Assembly (NCBI GenBank): GCA_037447605.1
Contig: JBBHKD010000037.1
Coordinates: forward strand, 1-16,848
DNA length: 16,848 bases
Source of the DNA: Zygnema circumcarinatum SAG 698-1b
Taxonomy: Eukaryota > Plantae > Zygnematophyceae
Direction of reading: 5' to 3'
A program made the position numbers and the translations under genes. The notes beneath the pieces were generated by a model that saw only the letters and a list, made by a program, of their open reading frames with translations, did no database searches and was not told the DNA's origin. Below, one piece after another: positions 11,200 through 16,848 of the stretch (its first letter is position 1; every line of letters starts with the position of its first letter).

Positions 11200-12193
11200 C
11201 GAATCGATCAGCCCGAGGGGCGGCAGTCCACGAACCTGGATCTTCCCAGCAAAGTGAACAGCGGGCCTTTTTCGGCCATCATCAGATTGGTCTCATTCGA
11301 CCCTTTGCATTCGGTGCTCTTGGCGGCCCGCTTCTTGCATGAATCCCCATGGCCTTTCTTCTCCTTCTTGCTTGTAGAATGCCCGTGGCAGCCTCCCTCC
11401 TCCAGATCTTGGGGACTCTTGTTCTTGTAGCGGTCTGGCAGAGTGGTGGCGATCTTGCCTTACTTGGCGTGTAGCTCTCCCTGGGGTCTCTCTCAGTCCG
11501 ACTTCGTGGCACCTCCTCTTCCGGTCTTGTAAGGTGAGTCGCGGCCTTGCTTTTATACTCCTCGGTGCTCTGGGTGTCTCCCCGGACGGTGTCCTCCTCC
11601 TTGATCCTCCGGCTTCACTTGCTCAAGGGGGTCGTTTCGAGGTTCGTTACAGGGCCGATCTTGTGGCCTACTTGTTGCTACATCAAATCTAGAGGTCAAT
11701 CCCGAACTGGCTGATCTTGTGGTCACTCCCCAGCGGTTTGTAGAGCTATGAACTTTTCGTCAAGGTATCCCAAACCTGACCATATATTAGCTCGATTTCT
11801 CATCAAAGTCATCTTCATCTTCCCAGTAGCGTGTAAAGACTCCTTATCGTGGCGTTATCCTTTACATCATACATCTCTTCGCCCTCCACGCATAGCATGT
11901 AGTCTTGAGAGATCCTCTGACATGGGCGAAGGACTTCCCTCACGCTTTCATGGCGATCTGGGTGGCGCTTTTGTTGTCCTTTGGCACTCCATCGTGGCGC
12001 CATAGTGTTCGACTGGCACGCTCCTTGGTGGCTCCCTCCCGGTAGCACAGTTGCCTTTGATAGTCTTGATTGGCGTACTGTGATTGCTGCCACGGCGAAG
12101 GAACCCGACCGCCATCTCCACCCCTTGTAGTCTTGGCCAGTGGAATGCTTTGAGGGAATGCACGAACTCCGCGTGGTCCTGCGTGGCCACCAT
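11200..12193 (-). pseudogene. gag: Element C gag (degraded), with possible zinc-knuckle remnant near 11225-11265
   Basis: ATG at 12193 directly after the PBS, a CSLC..K remnant, and its position between the PBS and protease. Confidence 0.6.
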
Positions 12194-12195
12194 TG

Positions 12196-12208
12196 GCTCA
12201 CGATACCA
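12196..12208 (-). other. Element C primer-binding site, tRNA-iMet-like
   Basis: Minus strand reads TGGTATCGTGAGC, 2 nt inside the LTR end. The plant consensus is TGGTATCAGAGC. Confidence 0.82.
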
Positions 12209-12210
12209 CT

Positions 12211-13096
12211 TGTTGGGTCTGGATATGCTGTCAGAGGCGCCACCTCGTGTAAGCCCTCATTAGAACTCACGGTTCCCCACCGATGAGAACATCTTCCACT
12301 CTCTCTCACTCTATCTCACTTCACTCTAGCCCATAACTCCACCGGAATGAGCAGCGAGGGCGAGCCTGTGGAAATCACCTGCAATTATGGGAGAAAGCTC
12401 CGCGGCTCTAAAACTCCTTTATAATAAGAATGTCACCCATGAGAGTTTCTCCCCACTCTCACTATTTATACTCCACTTACTCACTACCTTTAGACAGCGA
12501 GGCGGCCCGGCAACGGCGGGAGCGCAGAATAAGTCCGCGGGACTACGATGGTACAGCGGTTTGCATCCTTCATAACAAAGCTAAACTATATACGCCATGG
12601 CCGGGTGTTGCGTGACATCTTCCTTGTTGACGATGTCGTCACGGCACTTCCCTCTGGATTCGGCGGCGGTCGCAGCGTTCAACATCCAGCTTTAAGTGCT
12701 TTGGTAAACCTAAGCGGCCCCAGGCTTAGTAGGTGGGTCGTCTGCAGTTCGCCGCCCATCGAACTTTATTCGGATTCGGCGCAGCTTAGCCGCTTGCGTC
12801 GCGATGCAGCGTCCGTAGCCGCTGGCATGTTGATTCGCGCCGTACGATAGCGGCCGTCAGCGTAAATCTCGATGCGTCGCATTTCCGTGGCGTTCACACT
12901 TGTCGGCGTGGTGGCGGCTTCGGTCTCTCTCGTAGTTGACCTCGTCCACTTGATCCATGGACACTTTAAGGAATACGGCGGTTAAAGCCCAGAGCATCAC
13001 TTGAGCATCCTCGGCGTGGGGCCTGCATTTGGCCCGACCGTATTTCCCCAGGAACAGCTAGCAGCGGTCTCATGTTTCCCAGCGAGGACCGCGACA
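12211..13096 (-). repeat. Element C 5' LTR
   Basis: TGTTGGG start on the plus strand and colinear with 7050-7935. The right end is degraded (..cgcgaCA). Confidence 0.83.
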
Positions 13097-13684
13097 ATGT
13101 TAGTGTGGGCAGGTACAATGTCTAACTATAGCACCGCCAACTTACTAACGATGAAGATTCATGTACGATGGAAAGGTGGAACATGTTAGCACTTATATGC
13201 GAAGGTTGAGGGCGAGCCGTCCTCACACCAATGTAGGGTGAGCCAACCCGGTAGGCTGGTGGATCCTTCCATAAATGCGCACCAGCGTGTGCTTTCCTCA
13301 AGCCCCATTTCACCAACGCCAAGTGGTGGGAAAGGTCGCGAACTGCCATGTCGAGGAACTTACGGCACATGCGGCGCGCAGGACAGGTGACACCACTTGA
13401 CATGCAAAGCATCCATGGCACATTGCATGAGAACATCATAAGCCATGACATTGAGGGATAAAGACATGCCAATCACCATTCACTTTGCATCCATAAACCG
13501 GAAAAGTCACTACGATGCTTGAGAGAGAAACCGGGAAGAAGGGAGTACATCAAACACAAAAGATCTTGCACTCCGAAGGCACGCCCCGCAAGTTAAAATG
13601 TCGGGTTCACGAAACAAAGAGTCTTTTATCCTTGAGTAGCCCATTCCCTCCCCACAGCACAGCATGTCCACCCGACAACGACCC
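13097..13684 (-). pseudogene. Element B gag-pol junction and protease N-terminal half (unreadable)
   Basis: Assigned by position only. No clean D(S/T)G motif was recovered. Confidence 0.4.
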
Positions 13685-15143
13685 CTAAGGCTGGCTTGGT
13701 AGGTTGGAACTCGACCTTGCCTTCTTGTCGCGGTGTTGAGGGCAATCAAGCCTTATGCCCCTCCCTTGCGGCAGCGAAACACTTGTTGCCAGTGCGTCTT
13801 CTCCCATTTCCTCGGGTCAACCGTGGAGTGGGTGGTGACTGACCACTTAAGAACAGCCCAAGAGCTTTGTTCTTTCACCCGATTTAGCGTTTGAGGTCGC
13901 GCTGCGACCACTATGCGTCGTGACCTCTGGGGAATTAGGAAGGCTATCGCCCTGAGGCGGTGTCAAGCGAATCATTTCAAAGTCTGGTAGAGTCGTGAGG
14001 GGGTCCCCGCGGTTTGAGTCAGTAGGTTAGTTCTCAGTACTTCCTCGGGTGTGGCTTCAAGCCATTCTGAAGTGCGGAAAAACTCAGCTTTGTCGGGCTT
14101 GTGATGGTGATAGAGGGCACCACTTGGCCATGGTCACCATGGCTACGCTTGGCAGTGCCGGTTTGGACCATGTTACGGCTTATCCCGGGCCTCCAAGCGG
14201 GATCAAGGCCCAAAGTGTTTGTCAGGTTTAAATATACGAACTTATCCCAATGAATCCCCAATCTCATCGAGAGAGGCCCTCATACACTACGGTATGCGGC
14301 TCCTCACGAGTCTTCCGGAGTAACAAAGCTTACCGAGCTGGAGAGGGCGGTTGAGTGTGAAGGTAACGCCGTTTGGCCAACCCTTTGCTTTCCCGATCGG
14401 CGGTCGTGGTAGGATGTTAGCCCCAAAGGAAGCGGGGGCCGCAGCCGATGCAGTGAATCCTGATGGGATTGCGGGGAGTTCAGTCCGAGGGCGGGATGCT
14501 CCTGGCCGGCCGGTACCCCGGCGAGTCCCCCCTTCTTTGGGTGGTTAGCTCCACCAGGTGGGGAAGTGACTCCCAGGTGGAAAAACGGGGGATCGGACTT
14601 CGGCGAACGCCCGGGCCCGGTTGAAGCGTCGGACGACGGCGTCACCGGTGGTTTGCCTAACCCACTTCCCGGACTGTGCGTCCCGCGCCTACGGCTGAGG
14701 GGGTTGGGGCATACCTTCCTCGATCCTCCGGAGCCTGTCCGAAAGGCCCCGGAACTCCATTTGGAGCGTGTCCACCAGGCGGCGGACCGTGAGCTCCATG
14801 TCGTCCACCTGCCTCGTACAGGCCATGGTGGCGACGCGCTGCTGCCTTACATCCGCTCCCAGTTCGTCGATCCTCTTCTTCATCTTCAGGGACGCGCCCA
14901 CCGTGATGTGGGCCCCGATCATGGGATCGGCGGATTCTGCCGGAGCCAGCGGCTCCGGTGACGCGGGGGGAGGGCAGCAGTCACCGGATGACCTTGGTCA
15001 TCCGTGGGCTCGGGACTGGGCCCCTCCATGGGGGTGGCCGCAGTCTCCGAGTTCTCCTCCATCACCTCGTCCCGAGGGACAGGTGGTGGAGGTGGCGGCC
15101 CCGAGGGCCCCGGGTCCCCTCCGGCCCGGCGAGTGGTCACCAT
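13685..15143 (-). pseudogene. gag: Element B gag with CCHC zinc knuckle (frameshifted)
   Basis: Start MVTTRR 43 nt after the PBS, QTGT..QNGLKP retrotrans_gag motifs at about 14170-14050, a KCF(R)CRK(E)GHKA.DCP knuckle at 13785-13741, and a probable TAG at 13687-13685. Confidence 0.8.
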
Positions 15144-15185
15144 GATGACCCTTGGGAGTTCTCTGTCCGAGAGGCGCTGGCAGCG

Positions 15186-15197
15186 GCCTCGATACCA
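15186..15197 (-). other. Element B primer-binding site, tRNA-iMet-like
   Basis: Minus strand reads TGGTATCGAGGC, 2 nt inside the LTR end. Confidence 0.85.
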
Positions 15198-15199
15198 AA

Positions 15200-15885
15200 T
15201 GTAGCGGTGGCAGCCTCTTCAGTCTGCTTGAATCACACACCGGCGCTCGAGGTTGGCCGAGAGAGCAAAGAAAGCTTCGAGGTAAAGGCGACCTGGCGGG
15301 TGCAACCGGAATGCGTGCGTTGGTTGGGTGACGGCAATCACCCTGGCCGCCTACGCTTCCCAGATTGAACCTCCCCTGCAGTGGAGGATTGGAGCTGAGG
15401 GCTGTCAATGGCGGCCTGCGTGTCCCACTCTCGACCGCGAATGGGTCAGAAGGTGTACAACATCTGAGGCAGCTCACCGCATTCAGCGGCGGCGCCGCTG
15501 ACAGCGAGCGCCCGTCTTGTCGGTGCCACTTGATCGGATCCTGGCCGTGGCGGTGGCGTAGTCCGGTGACGATCGTCGTACCAGCGGTAACGTAGTGTAT
15601 GGGCCGGCGGTTACGTTCAAAAGCGTAAGGAAGATGTGAAATTAGGATTCCGTGATCCCTCGACCATCGGCGGCATGCCGATACATGTAATATGCACCGA
15701 TTTATACGGCGCCGCATGTGAACCGCACAGCCGCCCAAGGTTGATCGAGGACCCCTTCGGTCCTAGGTGGTCCACAAACGCCTTGGCAGCGCTCGACGTA
15801 GCCGGAGTGAAAGTCACTAGGGCGGAAGCGGCGCCACTAAGAGTACACTCAGGTGATTAGCGGGTATTTGTAAGCGTTCGCTACA
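15200..15885 (-). repeat. Element B 5' LTR (686 bp)
   Basis: Perfect 7-bp inverted termini TGTAGCG and CGCTACA. Minus-strand TATAAA at 15706-15701, with a counterpart near 3121-3125. Confidence 0.93.
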
Positions 15886-15890
15886 TCTTC
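15886..15890. repeat. Right target-site duplication of element B (TCTTC)
   Basis: Identical to 2595-2599. Confidence 0.92.
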
Positions 15891-16396
15891 GCTTCCCCAA
15901 CGCCGATTGCACTCACTCCAGCCTCTCCCTCACGAGCTCCTCACATGGCGAAGTAAGCCCAGCATTCCCCTTGACCCCACCTCCCCTCTTTCTGGCTGAG
16001 CCCCTCTTCACGATGTGGCGCCTCCCCGGATGTCCGGGTAGCCCAGCTTCGGCTCGGCCTCCGCTTCCAAACCCTAGATTCCATGGCATCCCACCACCTC
16101 GAACGCGCGCACAGACGACAACTCACTGACTTTGGGAGGCGCCGACGCGCTGCTCTCCCGCCCAATCAGGTCGCGCCACGTCAGCTCATTTGGCTCGAGG
16201 AATCTGCGTAGAAACTGACTCAACGGGCTTTCGTGGTTGGGCCCTTCATTTGTGTCGGTCCGTCCGGAGATCGGTACGGGCCATCATTCCGACCACGACT
16301 CTAGTGGAAACACTTGCGGCTGGCGTTCCTGCTTGGTCATTTGATGCGACGTGCGCGTTAATGATTCCAGCGATGAGCCGTTTGCAACGGCAGTAG
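15891..16396 (+). pseudogene. pol: Element A integrase C-terminal continuation
   Basis: PHELL....KPSIPLD (SPFELLYG..P.LP.D-like), HHLERAHRRQ..DF.RRR, LIWL and WLGP (GPY/F motif) continue the core broken at 2599. Confidence 0.8.
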
Positions 16397-16491
16397 CGGC
16401 CTCCTCAAACCACTACCATGCCGACTCCTCATTGGTCCATTTCTAATTCCCGCCACTTTTTGCCACTGACCGCCTGTCATTGGAAATCCCA

Positions 16492-16656
16492 CCCGCGAGA
16501 TGCGGCGAGCCTACGGAAAGGTTGTCCTCACCTGACCCTTTTGGTTGCCACGTGGCAGTCTGCCATTGGATGGCCCTCCTTCCGGTCCCCCATGCCGTTT
16601 TTTTTTTTGTCTTTTTTTTTTCATGCAGTTTCCGTAGGCTCGCCGCATCTTGCGGG
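16492..16656. repeat. 28-bp inverted repeat (27/28 match) around a 109-bp spacer
   Basis: cccgcgagatgcggcgagcctacggaaa (16492-16519) pairs with tttccgtaggctcgccgcatcttgcggg (16629-16656). Confidence 0.92.
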
Positions 16657-16749
16657 CCGCGCCGCGATGCGCGGCGCCGTACGTCGGTGCACGGTCGGAT
16701 CCTGCGCGCGAGGCGCGGGGTCCGATTGTCTACAAGATCTCTCCTCCCG

Positions 16750-16843
16750 AAAGATCCAAGGGGGCGTGATTAGCAAAATAGTATCAGTTTTTTTCCGAAA
16801 GGGGCGCGGATATCCAAAAAGTGGGGCGGCTGTATCATTTTCC
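16750..16843. mobile_element. Possible terminal inverted repeat end of a Mutator-like DNA transposon
   Basis: The reverse complement reads GGAAAATGATACAGCCGCCCCACTTTTTGG...CCCC, similar in style to plant MULE ends. No partner end or TSD is visible. Confidence 0.25.
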
Positions 16844-16848
16844 TTATT

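Larger units (their letters stand above)
7050..13096 (-). mobile_element. Element C: full-length Ty1/copia LTR retrotransposon (about 6.0 kb) nested in B
   Basis: Paired ~886 bp LTRs and a PBS, with copia domain order gag-PR-INT-RT-RH on the minus strand. The right boundary is uncertain by a few bp. Confidence 0.93.
2600..15885 (-). mobile_element. Element B: full-length Ty3/gypsy chromovirus (about 7.2 kb excluding nested element C)
   Basis: Paired LTRs, perfect 5-bp TSD, PBS and PPT, with gag-PR-RT-RH-INT-chromodomain in order on the minus strand. Confidence 0.95.

Noticed and set aside
14034-14267. LGIHWDKFVY..LGL, superficially like a DIRS RT segment
   Set aside because: It runs into QTGT..NGLKP gag motifs, and there is no YxDD or tyrosine recombinase nearby.
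2600-15885. The two long repeat pairs as a segmental duplication or CRISPR-like array
   Set aside because: TG..CA termini, PBS, PPT and TSD identify them as LTRs. No short spaced repeats are present.
1-16396. RIP-like C-to-T hypermutation as the cause of decay
   Set aside because: GC and CpG remain abundant and indels dominate the visible differences.

Overview
This is eukaryotic, GC-rich repeat DNA with no recognisable host gene. Nearly the whole window is three nested LTR retrotransposons. (A) An outer Ty3/gypsy pol on the + strand (RT-RNaseH-integrase, 1..2599, resuming at 15891..~16396). (B) A complete Ty3/gypsy chromovirus on the - strand (2600..15885) inserted into A's integrase, with TGTA..TACA LTRs, a perfect TCTTC target-site duplication, a tRNA-Met-type PBS, a PPT, gag with a zinc knuckle, and PR-RT-RH-INT-chromodomain. 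(C) A complete Ty1/copia on the - strand (7050..~13096) inserted into B's protease region. All coding regions are broken by frameshifts, but unevenly: near-consensus stretches alternate with indel-shredded ones, and both LTR pairs differ mainly by small indels. This may be long-read or assembly error rather than age. The last ~450 bp are non-coding and contain a 28-bp inverted repeat and a possible DNA-transposon end. A green alga or non-seed plant host is plausible but is inference only. I found no convincing new biological system. The uneven decay and the terminal foldback are the items most worth checking.
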